DNA of 64,000 nt from Oedothorax gibbosus (taxonomy: Eukaryota): NCBI GenBank assembly GCA_019343175.1, contig CM033278.1, positions 14,993,400-15,057,399 on the forward strand, written 5' to 3'. The notes below the pieces were generated by a model that saw only the letters and a list, made by a program, of their open reading frames with translations, searched no databases and was not told the DNA's origin. Positions within the stretch are counted from its first letter, which is position 1, and every line of letters starts with the position of its first letter. Both the position numbers and the translations under genes were made by a program. Below, piece by piece: positions 13,587 to 27,200 of the stretch.

Positions 13587-16500
13587 TTTTTAGGAAAAAA
13601 TATACTAAAATAATTGCAGTTCGTGAAAATCACCTAATCTGCTTTCAACGTGTCCATAAAAGGAACGATCGGATCGTTCCGCCCCTCTGTTTAGTTTCGC
13701 ATTTTAGCGAAAGTGGATGTCAAGATTTTCGCAAAATGCGATTTCTTTTCTCATTTTGCGAAAAAAGCGATCGCAGCTTAAACACTGTTCCATTGTACCC
13801 CATTATGGAATGTAGCTATTCATAGTAAATTACAGCCTGTAAAACACATATATATACTATTTTAAAATATTGAAAGGGTCATTTTAAATTTTGAAGATAT
13901 ATTTTTATAATTTGACAAATTTTTTTATTGTGTAGCATATCAGCTTACATAACATAAAATTAGAAAGAGAAAAAGGCCTGTTCTTCCATAAGGCCCGGGC
14001 CCCTAAATTTCAGTTTCTATTATGCTAAATGCTGTAAACCCCAAAATATCAGTAAACTTTAAAAAAAAATTCTGATACTCCACCTTTGTTTTTTGCTACA
14101 TTTTAACTATGAAATTGACCTAACGTGATTGTTTTGATCGATGTTTATGAGGAAGCCTATAAAATTGTAGCAAAAATTTGATACATCGGTCATATAGTAT
14201 CATTTACTAGAAATCATACACAAAATTTTCCGTAAAGGGGCCCCAAAATAGGCTGTGCCTAGTCTGAGATTTCCTAGAACAGGCCCTGGAAAGAGAATAC
14301 TACACTAATTTGATATCCCTACGTGCAATAGTTTTAATTCTAAACCTGTTAAAAGACATTTAACTGCGATAAAATCGTTAAAAGCATTCGCCAATTACTA
14401 TTTATTACGGCTCTAGTAGGCCTTAGACAGAACCCACCTACCTACTCTATATAAATCTATGGTTTATGAATGGATAACTTCTGTTTTGTTTGGGTGCTTA
14501 GATTACATGTAAAATCATTTATTGTACAAAAACAATTATTTGACTTGGAAATTATTCACAAATTGTGCCAAAATTGCCTTTGAAGCTTAATATCTCAGTT
14601 CATATTTACATTGATGTCAATGATCATTACTACAATGAATTTTAAAACAAAAGAATAACTATCATTATTTAATATTTCTAACCGGTTTTAAATTGAAGGG
14701 TATAACCCTCTTATTCTTAAAGAATTTGATATTTTCAACAAAATTAATCCTTTTCACCTATTTTTTTACAAGTTAATCTAAGTTACCACCATATTACCTA
14801 TAAAATTTCAACTAGTTGAGAGATATAAAAGGGCATCAACTCATATTTAAAAAAATTCTTGTAAAATATACAGCATATTAAAATGCATCTGTATAGACAT
14901 AAATGGATAACTTTTGCACTGAATTACCCATTAGTATATTTTCTTATTATTCAAAACAATGATCAGTGTCATTTTTAGTGGTGACGGTTATTTGTCCGCA
15001 GGTTTTAAAAAAAACATTGGCATAATTTCGAATCACGGTTCCACCTGAGGGTGTACCGAATGTAACCTAGACCAATATCGTACTCGGTGTCATAACTGAG
15101 TTTTTCACAAATGCTTTACCATGCACAAGCCATTTAAACAATTAAAATCAACAGTCATTTTCTTGGCTGCATATCTTTTATAAGATACCCATAACAAACT
15201 TTTCAATTCTATGCCTGGACTAACAGGTTTGAAGACCAACTAGACTACTTGGATCAAACTACTTCACAAGGGTTACGAATATTTGTTCTGCCTTTGATTA
15301 CACTAAACAGTCAGAGAATGATATAGATGAATTAAATTCGCACTAGAGTTGGTGAGATTTTCCACAAAATGTTAATAATTTAAATATCTTTTCTTGATGT
15401 AAATTGTGTTTCACAAATGATAGCCCCTTTACAAAACTAATAAATGTCTAGATCTCAAATGAAATTATAAATGACTAACATGTTTGATTATAAACATCAT
15501 TGAAAGGGAGGCCTTATAATTCTATATCAAATATTTAATATTATTCTTAACTTATTATTGATAACTTACGCCAAATATTGTCTCATTTATATACAATTCT
15601 TTGAAGAGATTCCAATACATGTTCACAATAAAACAGTAGTGAATTATAGTTAATTTATAAAATTATTCAGTTCAGGGTGATCCAAAAATAACACCCATTT
15701 AATACTACATAGCATAAACTGTGTATCATTACTATTGGATCACCCTGTATATTAGAAAGATAAAGCATAAGAAAAAAGTTTTACAACGAATCTACAATGA
15801 AATAGTTTTATTCAGATATACTTTACAATAACATCTGGTAATTTATGATGACATTGAATATCATTAAACTAATGTATGTACAGGATGTGAAGTTATTCCA
15901 GCTAATTTCTATTAACGTCTGAAACAGGAAAACATTTATATAAATACACATGAAACAAGAATTCACTTGACTATTTTACTTGAAAGATACATGTAAATTT
16001 TCTTGAATGTTTTTACACTCACTCATTGGCAATCTTGGTGCCAAATTTACAATGAAAAAATAGGGCCAGCCTCGTCACTGGCTGCAGTTCAAAATTAAGA
16101 TGCCCTTTGCCAGCAGCCCAGATGAATCCAACACCAGCCACCAACTCATGTTCAAACCCGGGCCAAAAGCTTGGGAGTGTGACTAACCGTCACCTGCAGC
16201 TACAGCAATATTTTACCAAAAAATATTTGATAATGAATGCTAACAATAAGCAGTCCAAAATCAAATGTCATTTAGTTTAGGAAATGTGGTGCATTGTCAA
16301 CAGCTCTGCCTGAAAAAAAAGACAAGACATAGGATTAAAACACTATTTAGGAGAACATGTTCAACATGTAAACCAACGTGGGAAATTCTGTGGGTAACGC
16401 AGTTAAAAACAAGTTTTGACAAAACAAGACAAATTAAAGGCATTTAAATGGAATAAATAATGTAGAACATTTAGCATCTTCCTGGTCCAATGGCTTTCCA

Positions 16501-16839
16501 AGCTTGGCAGCCATAATAAGTTGGCCTTTTACTACTATATTAATGGTAACCCAAAAGACAGTTGCTAAATGAATGCATACCTGCCAACTACTACGGATTG
16601 TCCGTAGTTTCTACGGACGAGGGTATCAAATTACGGAGTTACGGAAACAGTCAAAACTATGGATAAGCTTTGATCAAAAATACAAAATTTATTTTATTTT
16701 AGATATTTGTTTCGCCATGGTATAGTAATTTTTTAGCATTTGATGAATCAATAGGTTCGTCGGCCTAGAAAAACAAGGCTGATGATTTTCATGGGATTAA
16801 AAAAAAAATCTAAACGATGTATATTTCATTTGCGGAAAT

Positions 16840-16990
16840 AAAATGCTCAAATGAGGATCAATTTTAGTTTAAACTATCATCGCACTAGAGCTACACGAGG
16901 GCTATTGGCGACGGGCGTCATATTTTAGAACCACAGTCTAGTGACGTGAGGATCAAAGATGAATGAGGATCAAAGTATTTTTCTTCGTGC
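16840..16990. mobile_element. Diverged SINE-body fragment.
   Basis: 'attggcgacgggcgtcatattttagaaccacagtctagtgacgtgagg' resembles the SINE body 'aataacgcctcgtattttagaaccctggtcaagtgacgagg'. Confidence 0.3.
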
Positions 16991-18429
16991 GGAAAGTAAA
17001 CCTACCCACGACGACTTGTAACATATATTCTCCTGTCATGTCATGCATATATTCTCCTGGATGACAAACCAGCCACCACAATGAATGGTAAATTCAGTAC
17101 AGCATCTTAAATTCCATCAATTAGTGCAATATTTTCTTTCTAAAAAGATAATATTTAAGGCAGTACTTAAATGACGTGAGAGCTTGTAGCACTCAGCTTC
17201 ACTTTTAAGAATTCAAAACATTTTTAGTAGTTAGACTTGTTCTCACATGAATGAGTAACTACACTGATTAACTTCTTTTGAAAGAGTGCTTCACAGACAC
17301 AATGTAAAGTAGAGGCTTGGTATCAGTTAAGAGTAATAGTAATTAACAAAAAAAAAATTCAAGACAAAACATATAGCAATAATACCGAAAAACAAAGAAT
17401 GCCGATAGACCACTATTTTTTCTTATATGAACTATTCCATTAAAATAAATATGCATTATGATATTGTAGATAGATATTTGCATGTATTCAGAGTAAGTGT
17501 TGTCAAATCACATGTTCTAGAACACGTAATCAAGACTTAACTAAAGTTAAATAACTTGTGCAATGGAAAATAATATAATTGCAAAAATATTACTTGGATT
17601 GCCGACTATTATCTGTACACGTTATCTGGTGATTTCTGCCACCAGACACACAGGCGTATTTGATGCTGTAATATTTTAATTCCTTTCGGGCTTTATCCAA
17701 ACTAGAATGTTTGTTTACCATACTCTGAATTGTTTTCGCGTCCCTTTTTCAAAATGTATCCTTTTCGATTTTCGTAATTGCTTCTTTCAATTCTTCGAAT
17801 GAAGAAAAACAAGAGCCTACAGCAATTGCAGTGGCCATATTTATATTAATTAGCAATCACATGCAGTTTAAAATCTCGTCACATTAAGAACCTACAATAA
17901 TAAAAATGTCGGTACACAGCAGCAACAACTCAACATTTTGTCGGCTGGAACAGCCCAAAACAACTCAACAAAATGTTGGCTGAATAGTCCAAAATACTAT
18001 TCGACCGCATTTTTGCGGCTGAATAGACACTCCGTTTGTAGGATGGAGACAATCGTGTTTTCAGCCCATTAGCTACTTGTTTTGATCTTAATTATTGCCA
18101 GTTTTTTCTATTGTGTGAAAATATATATATTCTTTTTCGGAAGACAAAAAATATTTGAAGCTTATCAATACATTTCAAGCTAATAGAATCTTATTGTTAC
18201 AAATTAAATATATTTTGAAAATGAAAGATACTAACAAAACTTTTTTTTTCAAGATAACATATTAATCGTAACCGTAACTTTTTTATTATTGTAAAAATCA
18301 AAATTCTCTTCTTGCCACACTAAACTGAAGCGGGAACTCAATTTTAAGTAATAATATTGAGCTTTTACCTATAATCTCTGCCAGGTAATGATCTCTATGT
18401 TTAAATAAAAACAGCTTTGAGTTTTTAAA

Positions 18430-21400
18430 ATGAACGCGATAATTTTTCGGGAAATCACGCCCCATTCGGAGAGCGTTGATCGTTGGAACGATGTGACTAT
18501 AAATGCCGGTGCATCCCAAAGCACTCTCCAAGACATCAAATTGCCGGAATGTGCTGGTAGTTTCAGCTACAGCAACAGTGGAGATCCCTCATCTCTGTGT
18601 AGCAACAGATTTATATACTGGCGGACCAACCACGATGTCATTGAACTTGTTGAAATCTCCCTGGACATCACCCTTAAGAACAGCCATCTCCGACTGCGAT
18701 TTCAAAACACGCCTATTCTGCGCGGAGTCAGCATACATGAATACAGAGATAAAGTCGTGCTGCTGGTCCCGACTGTGTCTGCTATCCACAAACTGGTGTT
18801 TCCTCATCCGAAGATCTTCGAAAGGGATGTCGTTCGCAGTGCCAGCCAGGAACTGGTCGTCCCATCGGTGTTTTTCGATGCCTCTTTCGAAACACTTCGC
18901 AACAGAAGCTGCTACTTTGTGCTAAATAATGTCTCTCTTGGCATCCCTGTTCCGCACACTGCCTGCTCTTGGCTGAACGTCGATGGAAATGCCACATTTG
19001 TGCTGGCCAACAGTGCAGGATCAGTGCTCATGGTTGTCATGTCTGAAAAGAATGGCGTTGAAATCACCTCAACAGAGCTGATGAAGAGTGGAGCGTTGTT
19101 CCGCCTTTTTACTTCGATTCGGAGCACAAAGGTAGAAATAGCATTGAATATTGTTTGTCACAAGAAAGGATCAGATGTGTTGGTGTTGGCCCTATTCAGC
19201 GATTTGCAGCTACGAGTTTGGTCCAGTAAGAAACAAGAATGCATATTAGTTGATTCGGTGCTTAATCATAGTTCAGAGAAAAGATTGACTGGTGGGAATT
19301 TGAACTTCACCTCTGATCAGTGCCACCTGAGGATATCTGAACTAGATGACAACGGTGAATTTTACTTGGGTGTCTACATTCCGATGCCACAACAAAAAAT
19401 ATTTTACATCTTTAATCCAAACCTTTCGTCAGATCAATGCAAACTACAGCTGAGTTCTACATTATTTCAAGATTCCTATGATTTGGTCGACTTTTCTATA
19501 TCTAAGAATCGTGTCTGGTCACTTTGGCCCAGTTGTGACAACCAACCCATTGTTCTGACTGCCTTCTTGGACGGTAGCTTTGAATCGAAGCAACAGCCAT
19601 CTTGGATACCTGTAAATCTGGAACCCCAATTTTCCCGCACGATAGATTGCGGACGTAGCCCCCAAGATGCTTATCTGAAAGAAATATTCAAAGTCGGAAG
19701 ATTCTTACCTTCAACTATAACGAAAGCTATCAGTATTTATAGCACAGCTAAAAATATGAGTATATCTTCCAATGTTCCCCTGAAAATCGAAAACTTGAAG
19801 AACCGCGTCATTGAAGCTGTCGAAACAGAAATCCTGATGAAAACTGGCAATACTGATAACCTGGACGAAGGATACATGGACATTTCAGCTGAGTGTTGGG
19901 ATCGCTTTTTCTCGTACTGCATACAATACCATGAAGTGGGCATGAAACCATTGGGCATAGCATGCGATCCAAACACTGGTTGTGTCATTGTGATAAAGAA
20001 AAACTTCTACTCGCTGGTATGTCCCTGTGATCCTCTTGAAGTAGTTACTACTCCAGAATTAAGGGCATCCTCTTTTCTTATGGGTGTACTGGATAATAAT
20101 GAAATGAAAATGTATCGCGGCCTCAAAGCAGTACTTACATGCATAGATATAGTTCGTAAAAGTATTGATAACAAAGTGCTCATGCGTTTTGAAGATAAAC
20201 TTTTTAATCAGTCGTCCCCAACCAACTATGCGTCAAAACTATGTGAATCACTGGATTTAATGTCCGAGAGCGATTTCTATAAAAGTCTTCAGTCAAATAT
20301 GCCATCAAATTCAGAAGTAGTTGCCTGTCTTGAGTATCTAACAGAGAAGTTTGACCTTTCCAATGAAGAAAAAGAATTTGATGACTCCTTAAGAAGATAC
20401 TCAAATTTTGGGAATAGCTCTTCTGGTGTTGGGGCCTTATGTGCTGGTTTATCCCATTTCGCTAAGCAAAGATTTGAGTTTTGCAGGGACTTATTGTTGT
20501 TTGAAATGGTACTTTCACACTCTGACTGTGTGGAGTATGAGCAGCTATATAATTTTATAACCCATTCAACTATCATACCTAAAACAGATAGGTTGTTAAG
20601 ATCCTACTACATAATTCTCTGGTGCACCCAATGTGAATGTAAATCTGTATCCCCTTCAATCCAGGATGCAGCATTTAAGCAGTTTTGTCTACTTGAACTA
20701 CCAGAATTCACGAATGAGGATCTCACTCGTATGAAGGGAAGACAGACCATCAGTCATCTATTTTTTCAAGAGAGTGGTGGAGCCAAGGCTAGAAAAATTA
20801 TGGAAAATAATCACTTATCTATGCCAACCCTTGGTGATTGGGAATCCCTCTTTCCTAATCTAATTATTGGAGCAGCTACTCTTCTATGGCCTTTGGCAGA
20901 TAATGTGGTACTTCCAGAGTTTCTGTTTTCGCGGTGCCAACATGTTCCCCTGCAAGAATATGACCGTCTTTTGCAGGAATGGTGCACAGAGAATAAACAG
21001 TTTTTGAACTTTTTAGTGGCATGTAGTCATCTCATACTTGCTGATTCATGGAAAGCTACAAAGATTTTTCTTGATGTTTCTAAAGAAATCAAGATCGAAT
21101 CCCTTCTGTGTGAAAAAATTATGAAAGGTCGTTATGGTCAAGGTTCTTCGGTCACTGGTGCCTTTTATATGCGTGTTATTCAATTGTTTGAACAGTTTTC
21201 TGTTTCTGGCTGTATTGTTAAACTGGCAACAGCTGCCCTAAATGAACTGGAAGAAGGTGATACTCATATTCCTATATTTTACTCTGTGTTGTTTAAGCAC
21301 CATCTTAACTTAGGCCAGAGTGAAGAGGCTTTTGCCACCCTCATAAAGAATCCAGATTCCTCAAGGCGTAAGGATTGCCTCCGCCAGTTAGTAGTCAAAC

Positions 21401-22602
21401 TGTGTGAATCGAAGCAGTTTCAGAAAATAATTGAGCTTTCATATCTTGCTTATGAAGAAGAGGTGATAAGTATACTGGAGTCTCGGGCTAGGTGCTCTGA
21501 TCTTTGCCACACTACATCCTTCTACCGTATTTTGTACTCCTTGCATCTCCATCACGAGAAATTCAGGAAAGCTGCCTCAGTCATGTACGAATTAGCAATG
21601 AGGTTTGGTAGAGAGGTTTTGAGTCTTAAAGGGCTGAAGAAACAAGCGTCTTGCTATTTAGCTGTCATTAACTGCTTATACTTGGCCGAACCACAGTATG
21701 CCTGGCTTGTGAAACCTGCTACATCAACAGAAAATGACTCCAAGAATAATCCCAAGCGCAACGCAGATGGAGATGAAATCTTTCATTCCTCTCGACCTGT
21801 GAAAGTGGAAGTTCTTGGTCTAGAAGATATCAAGAAGGAATACATCTTAGTCCAGTCTCGTCTCCTCCATGCTCAAAAGTTTTGCAACATGCCCAATTTC
21901 GCCATCTCCCACTTGACCGCTGAAGAAACCATAGGCTTGCTTCTCCAGGACGGACTCTACGATGCTGCCATCCATCTGTCCAAATCTTTCTCACTTTCGC
22001 TGGTCCCTATCTTTGAGTCCCTCACCTACAAATGCCTCAGCTCCTCTCTGCTGTCCGACATCCGCACTTCTGATGATCTGGACAGCGATAGGTACCTCAA
22101 GCATAGTGTGGGCGCATATGATACCATGAGGCAGAATCATTCCCAAGTGTGGCATCTCCTGAGAAAGTACCTTGAAGAACATGAGGTTCCGAACCAGAGT
22201 GACCTTCACAGGTGCGTCACTGATAAACTTCTAGTGCACGGGGCAGCTTTGCCAGCTTGGCTCAGACTGTCTTACCAGAAGCGGAATTTCACCGAACTTG
22301 TAAGTCTCTACATCACCCATGGAATGTTAAAAGAGGCCTTGACTCTTGTCCATAAGTACATCAAGGCTGTCTTGGGAGTGAGGAAAGAAGATTTCAATTT
22401 GAAATTCACCCTCAGTATCAATTCACCTGCTGTGTGGTTACCACATACCTATATTGACATTCTGTTAGATGCTGCCAGTGAACTGCAAGATAATGATGAA
22501 ATCAGAGAACTTTATCAAGAGTTTTCAGACACTTTAATTGAATATAAAAAGCAAGCGGAATCTGTTACAGTTTCTAAACTAAAATTGGCTTTCAAAGACT
22601 GA
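18430..22602 (+). CDS. Nup160: Nucleoporin Nup160 (Nup107-160/Y-complex subunit): complete 1390-aa ORF in a single exon.
   Basis: A continuous ORF runs from ATG to TGA. The N-terminus 'NRFIYWRTNHDVIELVEISLDITL' matches human NUP160 'NRFIHWKTSGDTLELMEESLDINL'. Internal 'DCLRQLVVKLCE' matches human 'DCLRQLVVVLCE', and the C-terminal TPR-like region 'VWLPHTYIDILLDA' matches 'VWLPYSSIDQLLQA'. Length is comparable to human (1436 aa). Confidence 0.9.
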   Translation: MNAIIFREITPHSESVDRWNDVTINAGASQSTLQDIKLPECAGSFSYSNSGDPSSLCSNRFIYWRTNHDVIELVEISLDITLKNSHLRLRFQNTPILRGVSIHEYRDKVVLLVPTVSAIHKLVFPHPKIFERDVVRSASQELVVPSVFFDASFETLRNRSCYFVLNNVSLGIPVPHTACSWLNVDGNATFVLANSAGSVLMVVMSEKNGVEITSTELMKSGALFRLFTSIRSTKVEIALNIVCHKKGSDVLVLALFSDLQLRVWSSKKQECILVDSVLNHSSEKRLTGGNLNFTSDQCHLRISELDDNGEFYLGVYIPMPQQKIFYIFNPNLSSDQCKLQLSSTLFQDSYDLVDFSISKNRVWSLWPSCDNQPIVLTAFLDGSFESKQQPSWIPVNLEPQFSRTIDCGRSPQDAYLKEIFKVGRFLPSTITKAISIYSTAKNMSISSNVPLKIENLKNRVIEAVETEILMKTGNTDNLDEGYMDISAECWDRFFSYCIQYHEVGMKPLGIACDPNTGCVIVIKKNFYSLVCPCDPLEVVTTPELRASSFLMGVLDNNEMKMYRGLKAVLTCIDIVRKSIDNKVLMRFEDKLFNQSSPTNYASKLCESLDLMSESDFYKSLQSNMPSNSEVVACLEYLTEKFDLSNEEKEFDDSLRRYSNFGNSSSGVGALCAGLSHFAKQRFEFCRDLLLFEMVLSHSDCVEYEQLYNFITHSTIIPKTDRLLRSYYIILWCTQCECKSVSPSIQDAAFKQFCLLELPEFTNEDLTRMKGRQTISHLFFQESGGAKARKIMENNHLSMPTLGDWESLFPNLIIGAATLLWPLADNVVLPEFLFSRCQHVPLQEYDRLLQEWCTENKQFLNFLVACSHLILADSWKATKIFLDVSKEIKIESLLCEKIMKGRYGQGSSVTGAFYMRVIQLFEQFSVSGCIVKLATAALNELEEGDTHIPIFYSVLFKHHLNLGQSEEAFATLIKNPDSSRRKDCLRQLVVKLCESKQFQKIIELSYLAYEEEVISILESRARCSDLCHTTSFYRILYSLHLHHEKFRKAASVMYELAMRFGREVLSLKGLKKQASCYLAVINCLYLAEPQYAWLVKPATSTENDSKNNPKRNADGDEIFHSSRPVKVEVLGLEDIKKEYILVQSRLLHAQKFCNMPNFAISHLTAEETIGLLLQDGLYDAAIHLSKSFSLSLVPIFESLTYKCLSSSLLSDIRTSDDLDSDRYLKHSVGAYDTMRQNHSQVWHLLRKYLEEHEVPNQSDLHRCVTDKLLVHGAALPAWLRLSYQKRNFTELVSLYITHGMLKEALTLVHKYIKAVLGVRKEDFNLKFTLSINSPAVWLPHTYIDILLDAASELQDNDEIRELYQEFSDTLIEYKKQAESVTVSKLKLAFKD

Positions 22603-24251
22603 ACTATAATATTGTGTCTTTTAAAATTTAAGCCAACTATGCTTTGAATTTTAATGTTCAGTCCCGTTTGACCACAATATTTATTTAAGAAGTTTCCCTT
22701 ATACCTTTTTCTGTACCTTATTATGAGTTAAGAATTTAACTTTTTTTGTTTAATGTTTTATGTGTGATTTGAAAGATAAAAATCTTTATATTTACAGTGG
22801 AATTTTTTTTAATTGGCCTATGATTTTTACCAGATATTTTGTTTCTCAGCCTATAGAAAATTCCTTTTTTAAAAATTGATGCATGATGTTTCACTACAAA
22901 TCCTATTTTTGTAATGCGAATTTGCTAATGAAGAAGATTAAATGCTTAAAATATATGGAGAATAAGCCTCTAGGATAGGCAAGGCCATTGTTGAAGGTAT
23001 CATAATTATTCCTATTTGAAAAAAAATAATTGATTATTTTGAGTCAATGTACAGTACATATTATAGCAATTTACAGAACAAAATGGATATATTATTATTG
23101 TACGAGATTAATAGGATTTAGGCATATTTAAAGTTTAAGAACTGCGCTGTGGCTACTGTTGCTTCATATGCCTCTCAGTGTTTTTTTTTAAATTTCATAA
23201 AATTTATTTTAAAAAAATACTTCCACAAATAAACTTAAAATATGTTTATTCAGCCCTTATTTTATACAATTTTGTGGCAAACATTCTGTACTATTTCTCC
23301 CAATCTCGCCAGGGTTTCAACGATAGAATCATGTGCCACTTAAGCAATGTTAAATATGGATTTATTCTATTTAAATTAGTTTGTTTAATTAATTTAGAAG
23401 CCTTATATGATATCAGAAGATGAAAAATATATATGTCATGAAATATAATGAAATACTGAATTTCCCCCCTTATTTTTTAAAATCCATAAACAACTTATCT
23501 AAATGTATGTTACCAACTACTTATGATAAATATAACACACAAAACACTTATATGTTTTTAACTATTTTTTTTAGCGTAGTCCTGTTTTACTTTTATAGAA
23601 CTCTGCTCTTTATTCCAGAAAAGTTTCTTTTGGATTTAGTAGTTGGGATTGTTCATTAGGCTACAACTACACATTTAATATTTATTTTAATATTTGTTCT
23701 TTCAGCAGTTAAATCCCTGATTGCTGTCTAAGAATCAGAGGGTATACCCCATATATATACTGCACTATTCCCAATCTCTAATACAGCACTGATTGCCCTC
23801 TACACAATGGGCAATTCGAAAGGGGTGGAACATGGTTTGCTAGATAAACTGTTTGACGTAATTGTCACTGTAGGCCTGAACGTTCTAGTTTAGACAGATT
23901 TGCTGTCGGGTGGTTTATTTGTGGGTAAGACAATGGATGATGTAATAGTAATGTAGGCAGGGCTCTTCCAGTCGTCCATTGAGAAGGCGTCCAACTCTAC
24001 CTTTTGAGTGAGATTGCCATTTGTGAATGAATTTTTTGTCATCTGAAAGAAAAATAATCAGCACCAACACTGTATCTTCAACAATATCTTGATCCAAGTT
24101 TTGTTCCCAATTTTTGTTCAAAAAATTTATGATCAATATAACTGTCCCAAAACTTAACTTTTTAATATGAAAAATGCTTAAAAAGACATAAATTCACCGA
24201 AAGTTATCTATGAAATTGTGTATAAACTCGTAACTAATAAATTCACAAAAA

Positions 24252-27200
24252 ACAAGAAGTTCATAAAGAACTAAAATAGCCTACTTTCCTGTTACTTAAA
24301 TACTTACTGAAGTTCTAATCGGGAAAAAAAAAACTAGGTTCCTAAAGTAAATATCATCAACAGCCGTTTCTACACTAGATTTATGCACATTAGAAAAAAA
24401 AAATCGAAACACAGCACCCAGCTATAATTTAAACTTCTAAAAGCCAAAATCAACTATTTTCCTTAATATTCTTTCGCAAATTAATTAAATATTATTTATC
24501 ATCTGCTCGTGATTTATTTGTAGTTCGAAGAATAATTAAATATTTATTAATAACAAAAGTAATGAAACTACTCCGAACTGCATTAAAAAATAAGAAATGT
24601 AAATTAAAACTAAGCATAATTGCATGCAAAAGTATGCCTTGCCGCTTTCTTGGTAGATAATTAATGAATAATCAAAGAATCAAATTGTGCTACATTTTAT
24701 GACGTCATTCCAAACTGATTCATGAAAATATTATTTTGCTTCAAATATGTTTAAATAAATAAAGTTTCTCATGCCATTGTTGATTTGGCAACAGTGATTT
24801 AAACGACTCAAAATTGAATTTCAATGCTAATTCAATGGGAAATTCGCCGACAGATAGTAGATTTATGTCCGTCCGGACGTACAGACAGACGGACAAAAAG
24901 TATGAAAGTTGGGTATCTGAGGTCATAGCTTTCTAACAAAAAAAGAATTTTTAAGATCCGATGGATAGAACCGATTTTGGAAGGGGGGTACGGACAGACA
25001 GACGGACATCGACCGCATGTCAATACCTACTTTTTCATTTTAGCCTACTTTTCTTTTTTTAATTCGAAAGAATTAAAACAAGAAGTTCATAAAGAACTAA
25101 AATAGCCTACTTTCCTGTTACTTAAATACTTACTGAAGTTCTAATCGGGAAAAAACTAGGTTTCTAACAGTAAATATCATCAACAGCCGTTTCTACACTA
25201 GATTTATACATATTAGAAAAAAATCGAAACACAGCATCCAGCTAATAATTTAAACTTCTAAAAGCCAAAATCAACTATTTTCCTTAATATTATTTCGCAA
25301 ATCAATTAAACATTATTTATCGTCTGCTCGCGATTTATTTGTAGTTCGAGGAATAATTAAATATTTATTAATAACAAAAGTAATGAAACTCCAAACTGCA
25401 TTAAAAAATAAGAAATGTAAATTAAAACTTAGCATAATTGTATGCAAAAGTATGCCTTGCCGCTTTCTTGTTAGATAATTAATGAATAATCAAGGAATCA
25501 AATTTAAGATCCATGTGTAACATTTTAGGACGTCATCCAAACTGATCATGAAAATATTATTTTGCTTACAAATATGTTTAAATAAATAAAGTTCTCACGC
25601 ATTGTTGATTGGCAACAGTGATTTAAATGACTCAAAATTGAATTTCAATGCTAATTCAATGGGAAATTCGCCGACAAATAGTAGATTTATGTCCATCCGG
25701 ACGTACAGACAGACGGACAAAAAGTATGAAAGTTGGGTATCTGAGGTCCTAGCTTTCTAACAAAAAAAGAATTTTTAAGATCCGATGATAGAACCGATTT
25801 TGGAAGAGGGGGGGGGGGGGGTACGGACACAGACAGACGGACGAAAGACAGACAGACATACGAACAGACAGACAGATGAACATCAACCGCATTTCAATAC
25901 CTACAGTGACTTAAATGACTCAAAATTGAATTTCAATGCTAATTCAATGGGAAATTCGCCGACAGATAGTAAATTTATGTCCGTCCGGACGTACAGACAG
26001 GCGGACAAAAAGTATGAAAGTTGGGTATCTGAGGTCATAGCTTTCTAACAAAAAAAGAATTTTTAAGATCCGATGATTAGAACCGATTTTGGAAGGGGGG
26101 TACAGACAGACAGACAAACGGACAGACATACTAACAGACAGACATACGAACAGACAGACAGATGGACAGACAGACAGTTGGACATCAACCGCATTTCAAT
26201 ACCTACAGTGACTTAAATGACTCAAAATTGAATTTCAATGCTAATTCAATGGGAAATTCGCCGACAGATAGTAGATTTATGTCCGTCCGGACGTACAGAC
26301 AGACGGACAAAAAGTATGAAAGTTGGGTATCTGAGGTTATAGCTTTCTAACAAAAAAGAATTTTTAAGATCCGATGATTAGAACCGATTTTGGAAGGGGG
26401 GTACGGACGGACAGACAGACACGGACAGACGGACATCGCGCATGTCAATACCTACTTTTTCATTTTTTTAATTCTTTCGAATTAAAAAAAGAAAAGTAGG
26501 CTAAAAATGAAAAAGTAGGTATTGACATGCGGTCGATGTCCGTACCCCCCTTCCAAAATCGGTTCTATCAATCGGATCTTAAAAATTCTTTTTTTGTTAG
26601 AAAGCTATGACCTCAGATACCCAACTTTCATACTTTTTGTCCGTCTGTCTGTACGTCCGGACGGACATAAATCTACTATCTGTCGGCGAATTTCCCATTG
26701 AATTAGCATTGAAATTCAATTTTGAGTCATTTAAATCGCTGTAGGTATTGAAATGCGGTTGATGTCCATCTGTCTGTCTGTTCGTATGTCTATCTGTCTT
26801 TCCGTCTGTCTGTCTGTCCGTACCCCCCCCCCCTTTCCAAAATCGGTTCTATCCGTCGGATCTTAAAAATTCTTTTTTTGTTAGAAAGCTATGACCTCAG
26901 ATACCCATCTTTCATACTTTTTGTCCGTCTGTCTGTACGTCCGGACGGACATAAATCTACTATCTGTCGGCGAATTTCCCATTGAATTAGCATTGAAATT
27001 CAATTTTGAGTCATTTAAATCACTGTAGGTATTGAAATGCGGTTGATGTCCATCTGTCTGTCTGTTCATATGTCTATCTGTCTTTCCGTCTGTCTGTCTG
27101 TCCGTACACCCCTTCTAAAATCGGTTCTATCCATCGGATCTTAAAAATTCTTTTTTTGTTAGAAAGCTATGACCTCAGATACCCAACTTTCATACTTTTT

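Noticed and set aside
16040-16210. Locally GC-richer segment that could be an exon of an unannotated gene.
   Set aside because: Neither strand yields an open frame with recognisable similarity or flanking splice signals.
17750-17842. Possible minus-strand first exon 'MATAIAVGSCFSSFEELKEAITKIEKDTF' upstream of Nup160 (divergent orientation).
   Set aside because: The ORF hits a stop before the only plausible GT donor and has no recognisable homology, so the evidence is insufficient.
18503-22209. Multiple 60-140 aa ORFs on both strands inside the Nup160 CDS (e.g. 18503-18925+, 18782-18997-, 21991-22209-).
   Set aside because: They are nested in alternative frames of a strongly supported 1390-aa homologous ORF and have no independent homology, so they are frame-shadow ORFs.
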